Positions 11,571 through 22,692 of a DNA stretch of 64,000 nucleotides are shown here, piece by piece. Origin of the DNA: Phoronis australis (lineage: Eukaryota; Animalia; Phoronida); the NCBI GenBank assembly GCA_002633005.1, contig NMRA01000015.1:1657439-1721438 (forward strand). Reading direction: 5' to 3'. Each line of letters starts with the position of its first letter. The first letter of the stretch is position 1. The notes below the pieces were generated by a model. It worked only from the letters and a program-made list of their open reading frames with translations, searched no databases and had not been told where the DNA came from. A program made the position numbers and the translations under genes.

Positions 11571-13025
11571 TGTTGTATTACTGCAAGTTCACAGCGAGGC
11601 CTCTACTGGCTCTAGAAGTACTCTCACACAGCTATATACTCAAGCTTCAGTAAAACCCAATCCAGGTGCCCTTCCCTGACAGCCTGATTGCCTGCTGAAA
11701 GACTGCCAGCAGGGTTCCTGCCAGCAGTATAAATAAAAGAAACATCCGCGGAGCCATAAAACTGACAAATCACTAGACACCACAGAAAGGTGAAGGATCT
11801 TGACGATAACAGCATTCCCCCCCTCCCTAAAAAAGTGTGGGGCCCACCTGGGAATCAACATCATTTGGCAGATACGAAAAACTTCCCAAAAATTTAACCA
11901 TATCCCCCCTTACCAAAAATAAAGCCACTACTAAGTAGACCAAGAGTGTTAGAATAACAAGGACAGTTCCCCTGGAAGCAGAGAATAACGCACATATCAA
12001 AAATAATAAAAAGAGTTCAGAATTCCAGCACATCCCTAACACATGAAATAAATCATAAAAAGAAAAGCTAGCAGGATCCCAACCCATCCCCCAGGGTGGG
12101 AGAGCAGTCACCTAAGGGAAAAAAGTTCTTGCTAAGGAGACTCCCCGGACTTGTAGCTGCAAAAGGGTCGGTATAGGACACGTGCATTTCTAGTGAAGTT
12201 CTCAAAATAAACCCTGCACTTCCATGATACACGGATGCTACCCACATAGCCACTTGAATATTACATTTTTGACATGCTTCACCTTCAGGTGGAGGCCGAC
12301 TGACACATTCCAACTGGAAGGGAACACCTTAGACACAGACCTACCATGGATAGGTTCACAAAGAAATGTGACTGACCCTCCACTAAATGTAGGCCTCCTG
12401 GCAACTGGGACGGACATGGAAGTACCGCACCCAGGTTAACCACGCACTAGGGATAGATAATAAATAAGGGACTTGCAGGGAGAAAGTATTAGGTTAATGA
12501 AATGGTGTTCAATGACAACCAAAACACTGCCTAAGCCTAAACTCACCAACTACAAGGACGAAATAAATAAATAAATGCCCAAAACCCAAAGCATAAAAAC
12601 CCAGTTAAACCACCAACCCCAACAGACCAAGACACCACTTGGCCACCGTACCAGCAACGCGCTAGCACGATACAACTCCCCTATCCAACCGGACCTACGG
12701 AAAGTGCCCTGGTCAGGCAAAGGTTTTCAAAAAAAGTGGTTGAATACTCCTAGAAAAACCTAACCAGTGCTGACTACGCCAATTGTTGTATTACTGCAGG
12801 TTCACTAGCTAGGCCTCTAGAAGTACTCACCAGTTAAAACACAGCTGCTCAAGCTTCAGTAAAACCCAATCCAGGTGCCCTTCCCTGACAGCCTGATTGC
12901 CTGCTGAAAGACTGCCAGCAGCCTTCCGCCAGCACTATAAATAAAAGAAACATCCCAGGAACCATAAAACTGACAAATCACTAGACACCACAGAAAGGTA
13001 AAGGACGAATGATGTTGACGATACA
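11571..13025 (-). mobile_element. Non-autonomous LTR retroelement (TRIM-like, Gypsy-type signals)
   Basis: LTRs at 11571-11814 and 12784-13025 (TG...CA); 4-bp TSD ATAC at 11567-11570 and 13026-13029; PBS TGGCGTAGTCAGCA (12781-12768) complementary to the tRNA-Ser 3' end; polypurine tract 11828-11815; no gag/pol motifs seen. Confidence 0.88.
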
Positions 13026-14506
13026 ATACAGCTTGTACCACTAGCACTGTGTGTTGAGCTCCGACATTGCACACTGCCAAGGTAGTTCTGCTTGTTACCT
13101 CAATATGTAGGGCTACAGGCCATCTGTGGTGCATGCAAAGTCTGGGAGTCAAGTGACTCTCACCTTGCCCGTTACAGCTATTTAAGTGAAAAACAATCTA
13201 ATAAACGTCAACCAGTTCTGATAATTTGTTGTGACGTGTTTGCAACCTTGTGAAAGAACAGTTGTTTGAAGAATCAACGGAAAAAGAAACTGGCCAATTA
13301 GGGACGCAATATTTCATGGTGCCGAAAATTGACACATTAGATTGCACCACAATTTTAACAACAGAATAACGGTAGAATGCCAATTTTTCCAACATTAGTA
13401 AATAATTTAGTTTACTCACGGAAGAGTGCAGCTTTTAATGACACCAATTGTGTGTGAGATTTTATCGGCTCAAAGCTGTATATTTGGTATATAGCTTTGC
13501 GCCAAGGCTAGGTTTCGATTAGGCCTACTACTGGAACTAACATTTCAATCTCTGAATTACACCAAACAAAACTAGACAGTAGCATTGCCTCAACCCATGG
13601 GGCCACCAGATGTCAGTAGCTTTTTGACAAGTTATGCCTCATGTTGCTAGCAGAGGGACACCATTGTCTTGATCTGATTGATGTCTAAAGTTAACTTTTC
13701 CAAGCACAAACAAACATTCCATCAGTCAAACTATTTATGTACTGTTGTTCGTTCAGTTACCCAAATTGGCCACTGATCATTTTTGTAATGCTTATGTCAG
13801 GGGATGTGATGTCGTGCTCTCTGACACGAGCAGTGTAAAAATGGAGATTTGCCAGTTTGGGAACTCTAGGAAAGACTGTTTGAAAAAAATTTGATTGCAG
13901 GAATATTTGTTCTAGCTGGAAATAGTTAAATACATCAACACCCTCCTAAGGTGCTCATCTATGCGCAAAAAGGACTTATAACAACGTGATTCTGATGTTT
14001 CAATCATTGGTGAGGCATAATTTGCCAAAAACCTTCCAGCATGTTGTAGCCCTATGGGAGATCCACTGTCCTTACTGATGCCAGTTGAGACGATAGTACT
14101 CTCTACACACAAAACATGGCTTAAGTTGTGTCCACACTAGGAGTTATCTTAGAATAAGTTTTACTAGAGCCTCTACTAGAGCAACATGGCCTCATTCAGC
14201 TGTTCAGTTGAGTTTCTACACTGCACTTTGTACTACCTAAACTATGCAACAAATATGTCAATATGACACAAAAATGATGAGTCACCCCCCAGCATGACTT
14301 CATGTGGGTAACAAAGCAAGCACAGGTAAAATTATAAATCGAATACGTTTGCTTGACATTAACCGCAAGCACGCAGCTAATTATTTTCGTCTTGTCAGTT
14401 GCTTTTCCGCTCTGTTACTGCTCCAAACCCTAAAATAAAAACTTCCAATTAGGTAATGAATTTAGCGTTTGGTTGATATTTGATTAGGTATATGTGAAAT
14501 GCTTAA

Positions 14507-14858
14507 GAGGATTCTAAACCCTGTTTTGGTGACTTCAACCAAGCCTTGTTCTGCCACCTAATGCACTACTGGCATACTACTTAACTTATAAAATCAGGAT
14601 TCAACAAGAAGGGCATACTTTCTTGATAGGGTGTTATGGTACTTGGTGGGTGGTCTTTCCTTACAGTTGCCGTGCATCTCGCCTTAAGCCTTGGTCACGC
14701 TTGTCCGTTTATCAGACTTTCTAAGGAAGTATCATATTTTGCTAGAAATATTTGAGAGTTGTCGTGGGTTACGTCAAGCATTACTTTGTTTCAGCGGACT
14801 AGATAGGGACATCATTTTTGATATCTGTTACTAGGGAAAAACTGGGTTTGGTATCCTT
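14507..14858. mobile_element. Kolobok-like MITE, copy 2
   Basis: TTAA|gaggattctaaaccctg ... gggtttggtatcctt; homologous to 3395-3702. Confidence 0.6.
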
Positions 14859-17800
14859 TTAGGTCTTAAAGTTCTCCATTATACAGACTTATTCATTTGT
14901 CTAAGTTAGTGATACGGAACTGGACTGGATGAGCTGGAACTGATGGTGATTTGAAAAAAATATTAAATACGCTATTTTGTAGTTAAATTCGCTCACTAAT
15001 GTCATTGGCTCGATAATTGATCTGGAACTGGCACACTGACTGTATGTACAAATAATATTGTCATTGCTTGACTTTGAATTTCCGATTTCGAGTGTGACGT
15101 ACAGTCGAATGACACTTGTCTTAATATACTAGCTGTTCTTTGATTTTGGTGTACTAGTTCCTCTGTAATTGCTCTTCTGCAGCGCAGTAACATTGACCGA
15201 CTCAGGTCTCACCCTAATATTATGTATCTGCGACCACCGGTCCCATTTAACTAGCACAGCTTTCCTTGTTATCAATTTTTAGTTTCCTGCAAGATGTTTC
15301 TTTTCTTTGATTGTTAAATCAACTTGACTGGTTTTGAAGAAACTTGACATTGCAGTGTATGACATAGTCCAGTACCAATTGATTTTTGGATGGCTATTGT
15401 CGATTTCCATATGTCCACATTACATTTGTGGATGAACGTTGCTGTCATCTTTTTCCGGCGTCCATACATGTCTCGTCCATCTGTTCAGCGTCTGCTGCTG
15501 TATCTCTTAAATAATTACGGCATCATTGTGAAATGTGGCTGTCTTGTTTACTTGTGAATCTAATGATGGACCCAGTGGCAATCTTCATTGTTATTTACGT
15601 ACATGTGCATGCGCCCTCTTGATAATTTTATACCCCTAGTGATAAATGTTTGCAGCATTATCAATATCTTCCAGGACAGCATTTGCCAATCTTCTGATGA
15701 CTAGCACTGCCCCTGATGACTCAAATGTTACATCCATCCACAGGTGGCGCACCCTAGCTTGTGGAAATATTTGAAAAATGAGCTCCTTTTTATCTTTGCC
15801 ATTTTCAATGCAAGTGCTGGGTGCATATCAGCATTGCTCTGGATTGAACTCTGTGATGAATTAGGTTATCTGTAAGATTATTCTTAAACAGTTTTTCAGT
15901 TCATAATGTTAAATAAAGGTCCCTTTGGAACCAAAAAGCCATACCTTGAGGGGAATTGTTTTTATTCCACAACAAAAGAGGGTGCATCTGGTGGTGAATC
16001 AAGTCCATGAAATGTTAATGAAACGGATGTACACAGAGAACCTCAAGGTGCGACTTTTCAGTTCCAAAGGGGATCTTTATTTAATATTACCATCATTTAA
16101 ATTGAACCCTGGAATATTTTTTCACTTGATGTTCCTTTCTAAAACATACAAGATAGCCAAGTGTTCATTTGGCTGTAAACTAAATTTACCTTCACTATGT
16201 TAGGTGACATGCTTTAATTTAATGAATGAAAAGGGTGCAAAATCTCATTGGGAGATTTTGTTTGATTTCGTGTATTAGCAATAGGTGTCACTACCTCTGT
16301 TCTATCTTGTGTAAGGTACTGCAGTGTTTTGTATAGGTGGCTAATGTTCTCTTGACCGGTTTGTGGGAAGTGCTGAAAACAAGTGTCAAACATTGGGAAG
16401 TTTTTGCTGACGTGGACATGTACTGGAATGTTTACAGGATGTGATTAACACATAACAAACATAAAAATGGGTGTTCTTTATCTTTCCCTTATATATACCA
16501 TATTACACTAAGAAAGTGTCATGGTGCTAATGGATTGCACAATTATGCAATAAAAGCTTTCAATGAATGGAATTCTGTAGTTTTACAGATGTACTGAAAG
16601 AGGTCCTTCTGGTGTGACTGATTTATGTGTTGATTGTGGAGGCTGCATTCTGCCTGCTTGTTGAGGTGGAGGACTATGATTTGAAATCTAGGCAGTGGAT
16701 TTCTATTTATGACCTTTTGACAAAAAAGATGTGTGCTTTAAAAATGTCAGCTCATGTGGCAAACTCAGATTTCAGACTGATTGACATTTTTCACCCGGTG
16801 TTGAATGATTCATCACTTCCCGGTGTTCATTGATAATTAATTTTTCCATTAATATTTCGCGATCCGGCAATACGAAGAGCATTTGTTCATTCTTACTTGT
16901 GTTAATCAATGCCAGTTGCACAAGGTTCTACTTCTCACAATGTGTTCATCAGTGAGCCTGTATTGATCACTTATTGTCACCTGTATCGGCCTACTCACCT
17001 GACCCAGTCTGGAGATAAACTAATGACAGCATGTACTGCTCAACAGTCAGCCGTTTAGTCAGGTAACTATCACAATTTACACAGTTTGTTTATGTCATCT
17101 ATAGAGGTCTATGCTCTACAAGGATATTTTTGACTGTGGAATGTATTATGTGGATATGGTTATGGAATCGTTTGAACATTATCCTGCTGATAAACATGCA
17201 AAATTGTCACTGGGAAGAGGGGCTTGCGGCTGCTTTAAATGTCCTAATTGAATACAGCGATAATAAGCAGTCGTTAGTTACAACAGGTAGATTAAATCAT
17301 CAAAGTACTGATAAACCCACCCTCCCATTTGTCCAAAAACTACTTTTGAGGGAGACCACTTATCATTGCATACAGCTGGCCTGAACTTGTTGCTTACTCA
17401 AGATTTTTATATGAGATGTTCAGAATAGACATGGTGTCTGGCCTTGAGAATAACTGGTATAAATTGTCATTGCTGGTGAGCTGTCTCAATAAGTTTGCTT
17501 GTCACACCAGGTCATTTTATGTGCATAGTCACTTCTTGTGTCTTTGGTTTAAAGCAATATTAAGCTGCAGTTCTTTCCAACTTCAACAATCACTTTTTGG
17601 CTGAGTAACAAGCTGGGACCAGTGTTCGTAGCAGTATGTGGCCTAAATCAAAGAAAGACACCTTTATAGATTCTTAACTGTGAAAGTAAATCTTGAATCA
17701 TAGTGGTATGTGTTAAGCCGAGTGCTTCACACTGTGGACGTTAAAAAATGAAATTGAAAATTCTCCTCGGCAAGGTCAATCTGTACATTAGGCCTAAGTT

Positions 17801-18630
17801 AAGAGTTTTTGTTGTTATGTAATTGTGATCATCTTGGTCTTAATTGCCATTCATTTCCTCCTGACCTCCTCACATCAGCCATCTGTTATATTTTGTTGAA
17901 CACTGTCTTCCATTGTTGGCCCTTCCTCATATCAGGTCAGCATAGTATTCAACTGCTACAATGTTTATTGACACTTTCTTTATTTCTCATATCCACAGTG
18001 GATTGTCCAAACAATGCTATGTGTACATTTAGATGAAAGTCTCTTATCCATTATAGTGGGTTGAGAGGTATAGGTAGTGTGCTAGAAGGTTATTACAGGC
18101 TTTTGTTATGAAAATAATGACACCATTGTCTTTTAACTGGGAGAGCTGAAGGTCACAGCCATGCTTATTTTTAGACTGTAACATGTTATTCATTTTGTGA
18201 TGCAGCTGTGTTCATATTGCTGAGCAGTTGTGGTAAGATACTGACCTCTTGTGAAATTTCCCTTACTTTAATGTTAAGAAAAATTTATCCGGTGTTCAAC
18301 ATTTAACGCTGTCTTTAGTAGTACTTATTAATAAGGGTTTTATATTCTCCCTGTTGCATATAATCTCACCCAGAGTCGCCACTGTTCACTCCACCCTCTC
18401 TGATGTATCAGCTCTTGTTATTCTCAGCTATCACTTGATCCTGTCACCTGGCTTGTTTCTGTCCATAATTACTAGTACACCCACCTCCAGCAGTGTTAGG
18501 CAGTGTTATCTTTTGCCGAGGCCACTTCATAAGTGGTTGCTGGCCAGCTCACTCATGTTCACACATTATTGCTTTACTGTTTAGGTGAAGGCCGTGAAGC
18601 CTGTTCTTGCAATCTGTTGAGTACCTCCAG

Positions 18631-19380
18631 ATGGCGACACCCGTGACTGACGGCCTGCCGGACAACCACGTAGAGTTGTTTGTTAAAGCTGGCAAAGACG
18701 GAGAGAGTTATGGAGCCTGTCCATTTTGCCAGCGCATCTTCATGATTCTGCTGATAAAGGCGAACGTTGGTCAGCTGACATTCACTGTGACGACAGTCAA
18801 TATGTCCAAACCACCAGAGGAGTTCAAGAAGTTGTCTAGTCGTATCCCCGTTCTCATTCACGACGAGAAAGTCATTGCTGACAATGATGAGATTGTACAC
18901 TATATTGACAAACACTTCCCTAGGCCTTCTCTCTCTGTTGACAATAAGAAGGCAGTGGAGTGCTGCTTGCAAGTTTTCTCAAAGTTTTCATTCTACATCA
19001 AAGACGTGACGCACTCAACCAGCCATCTCGAAATGGAGTTGAAGAACATTGACGACCATCTGCAGTCGGTAGGCACCAAGTATTTGTGCGGCGATGACCT
19101 CACTCACTTGGACTGCCTCATGCTACCCAAACTTCAACACATCCGAGTGGCTGCCAAGGCTTTCAAGAATTTTGATATTCCCAAGCAATACACAGCACTG
19201 TGGACTTACCTAGCACATGCCTATGAAAATGACGTATTCCGTAACACGTGTCCCTCCGATCAGGAGATTGTCTACCATTGGTCCAGCAAGCAAGAGACTG
19301 CACAGCTGCCAAAGAACATGGAGAACTTTTACTTGTCTGATTCTCATACATATTCATTCGATGTGCCCCTACAGCTGTAG
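18631..19380 (+). CDS. CLIC: Chloride intracellular channel protein (CLIC, GST fold), 249 aa, intronless CDS
   Basis: VELFVKAGKDGESYGACPFCQRIFMIL, TVTTVN, YLCGDDLTHLDCLMLPKLQHIRV and FRNTCPSDQEI are CLIC hallmarks. An in-frame TGA at 18595 makes ATG 18631 the start; a likely 5'UTR acceptor tttag| at 18584. Confidence 0.95.
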   Translation: MATPVTDGLPDNHVELFVKAGKDGESYGACPFCQRIFMILLIKANVGQLTFTVTTVNMSKPPEEFKKLSSRIPVLIHDEKVIADNDEIVHYIDKHFPRPSLSVDNKKAVECCLQVFSKFSFYIKDVTHSTSHLEMELKNIDDHLQSVGTKYLCGDDLTHLDCLMLPKLQHIRVAAKAFKNFDIPKQYTALWTYLAHAYENDVFRNTCPSDQEIVYHWSSKQETAQLPKNMENFYLSDSHTYSFDVPLQL

Positions 19381-19924
19381 ACTTCTTGCTTGAGATATGA
19401 TATGACCCCGTGTATGGATTGTGCTTATTCAAGTTATCAAATTTGGTTACTGTCTAATGCATACAGCAAAATGTCACCACTTAAAGACACAATATGGCAT
19501 AGATGTGAAATCTTGTCTTTTCCTTAGACATAAACATCATTTTGTAAAGTTTTCATTATCTCGATCTACAATTAAAGTAATCAGCCATTGAGAAATGGGA
19601 AAAGGACAGTTTTGGCAATTATTTAAGTATGAAATAGTGAAAAATGACCATAGCACCATAATAAATGCTTAATCATCAGACAATGTTTTGTGAAAGTGTG
19701 GACCTTCACAACAATGTTAGAACCCTTTGAAAAGTGACAAAATGGGAATTATTTTTGTTGGAAATAGGATATTTCACTTCACTGAAAACATTCTGGTAAC
19801 TATTATAGTGTGCTGGTATTTAGATTTTACTGGAATGTCAAGTATTGACTGTAATATTCAACAGGAACACTGTTTCCTAAGCATGCTCAGATATTGGTAG
19901 TTTAACCCAGTGATAACATGTTAA

Positions 19925-20097
19925 AGGGATAGTATCGGTTTTACAGCCGATTTCAATATATGCTTAAAATACTCTGCCATTTACCAAGTGGATTTATTTC
20001 AGCGGTAGAGTGTTAAGCTGCGATTGCAGAGGCAACTATTTGATTCCGCGCTGCTGCTCATGTCAGAAAAGTTTTATTTCTTGTTCGTAATGTTCCT
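19925..20097. mobile_element. Short TTAA-flanked MITE containing a decayed tRNA-like segment
   Basis: TTAA|agggatagta ... taatgttcct|TTAA; internal ttcagcggtagagtgt ... tttgattcc resembles Pol III A/B boxes. Confidence 0.4.
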
Positions 20098-20295
20098 TTA
20101 AGTTAACGACGTGCAATCTTTTGTTTGTGCAATACATACCCGGCTTCAAATGGTGCCCTTTTGTGAGTTTGTAGCCCCATGTTTTGACCTTTATAGTTCA
20201 TAGTATTGTGCGCCTGGCTTGTTTCTGGTGTTCTTAAAGTGTTAGTTGCGATGATTGTGCTTTTTAGGATCTGTTGATTTGTATTCATAGCAAAA

Positions 20296-20453
20296 AGCAT
20301 ACCTGCGTGTTCATGTCATATAGTGCTATGTATCAGCACACCTGTGTGTTCATGTCATGTAGTGCTATGTATCAGCTTACCTGTGTGTTCATGTCATGTA
20401 GTGCTATGTATCAGCATACCTGCATGTTCATGTCATGTAGTGCTATATATCAT
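20296..20453. repeat. 39-bp tandem repeat x4
   Basis: acctgtgtgttcatgtcatgtagtgctatgtatcagcac units. Confidence 0.9.
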
Positions 20454-22692
20454 AGTGAAACTGAGGAATTACCAGTATGGTAACGTTTGATCAATACAAA
20501 ATGTTTCTTCTTAAGGTTTAGACAATCAGTTATTGATTGGTGTTCCAATGTTAATCATTGCTAAGAGTATTTAGGTTAATACATAGATTTATTTTATATG
20601 CAGCATTATTGCATGTTTTGCACAGTATAGGAATCGGCCAATCGATATAGAAATCTTGACAGGAATGACGGCGGAATGACTTACAAAACTGAATTCTAAA
20701 TGTAACTGGTTTGATCCTGAATTGTGAAGGAATAAAATACCAAAAGGTATAAATAGTGATTTCTTTGCCTAAATGCCAAAACAAATTATTTGATCTTGTG
20801 AATTTTTTACTGGTGTGGCGGGATGGGCTCTTGCCCGTTAGCGCGAGTCACTATTCATATTCTGATGTCCATTGTGATGTCTACTTGAAGCTATTTGTTG
20901 GCTAGTCATTGATAGGCAAATGTCCATGCGTGTTTTCTGGAGACCTCTTGGTTTGAGGCAGTCTTGAATCGGAGTTTGTGAAGTGTGGCTGTATCGTCCA
21001 ATATATGATTGAACTGCAGTTGCTGGTCTTATTATATTTATTTGTGAATATGAAAACCCGTGGCACCAGTTTTCTTGAATGTTTGGTTGATGTTTGTTGC
21101 TTCTGAGTTCAATTCCTCACCTAGTGAGGTCATGTTGAGACAGGCAAGTAAAAATCTATTTTGTCAAAATTTCTTTACTAGAATAAAGACTTATTAGCAT
21201 GCATGGTTTGCACTTAAAACAACTTTTTTCAAAGTACCCAGCCTTAATACACGAATCAGCCGTTGGAAAATGGAAAAACTATTCAATTTTGTCTATTATT
21301 TTTGATGAAATAAGTGAAGAATTATTGTTCAACCCGTTTCAGTTATGTCACTTTTAGGTAAAGTGTGTTTTTAAACCTGCCGTTCCTTGAGTTGATCTGT
21401 TACCTAATCTCTGCAGAGCTCTAACATGACCATTGGTCTTGTTCCTTGACAACATTAGAGCAGTTGTTGCATTGTTCACTTTGTGTTGCAGGTAGACTGT
21501 GTTTGTGTGCCCGATTGAATGATCTGATTAAAAAGTATGAAAACGTCATGAGTTGTCATTTTATTTTACCTAATGCAATATAGCTTTCACACAAATTGTA
21601 ACAGATGAGTTACACATATAACACAAATAGCAAAATGGAAACATATATACCTATAGATTGGGGCAAATAGACTGCAGTGGAATGAATTGGGCTGCAGCTA
21701 GGATGTGGAAAAATAGCTACAATCATAAATGAGGCGTGGTTCAAAAGGTTAGGATGTCCTTGAAAATTTTCTTTGTTTTCCTCACTTTCCCATCAATTCT
21801 TCGAGATGGACGGATTTGTTGGTAGGTAGGTAGAATATTTCATTTTGTATTTTGTCACATGTCTGTTGTGTAAGAAATCAGTCATGTTGCAAAAATATAT
21901 TTTTTAAATTAAAAGCATCTTGGCTAATTGTATAATTTACGATAGTTATCCTGAGGGAAGCAATTTACTGAATTTCAACTTCAGCCTTATCAAACAAATG
22001 GAATAAGGATTGATGTCGTGTGGGAAAATTTGTTCTCTTGTATTTTTGGCTAGATCATATGCTGTATGACGATGAAATCTGTCACTGTGGCCGTTACTTG
22101 GCCAATTTGGTGATTAAATATCAACTAGTGTCACAATTCCTACAAGATCTAATGAAATAGAATTTGACCATTTGTTGCAATAATCTTTGGTCCTTAGGTT
22201 TTGCTGAAGGGATTGCATACTGTCCACGCAGACATAGGTCATCTGAAACACCTGTGGTCTGGTAATGAAGTCAGTGGGCTGTTGGTCAAGGGAAAGTAGT
22301 TCCTAACCGCAATGGTACACTCTCATTTCCTGTATAGGCTCTTGTACCAGCGACTCCTCAAGTTGAGAAACTCTTATCTCTGTTACCAAATTGAAATTTC
22401 GTAACAGATGATAAAATTTGCTTTAGGACATTTGGTTTATATAAATACACCTTGTAATTGCTTTGCTTTGTTATGTCTGTTAGCCTGGAAAGCCCAAGGT
22501 TAGAAAAACAAATCTTTGATAAGTATTGAGCTCCTTGGATTATGCAGTGGATACTCATCCATTTAAGTGTAAGAATAACTACCATAGTACATCTTGCAAA
22601 CATTTAAGGCTTGCCAGCACGCCATCTGTTGGTCACATCACGTGACCTAATGAATATTCATATACATCATTCTTCTTCCTCTGTGTTTGCAG

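Noticed and set aside
18574-19432. Antisense ORFs (132 aa, 89 aa) over CLIC
   Set aside because: Shadow frames of a real CDS with no recognisable motifs.
19995-20050. tRNA gene
   Set aside because: Only decayed A/B-box-like motifs; no complete cloverleaf could be built.
20274-20483. ORF with repeated HTCVFMSCSAMYQ
   Set aside because: Produced by a 39-bp minisatellite; no splice or start support.
21806-21821. Alternative TAF10 first exon MDGFV-G|gtaggt
   Set aside because: Phase-compatible, but it sits in a ggtaggtagg repeat-like context without promoter features. Less convincing than 11260-11278, though not excluded.
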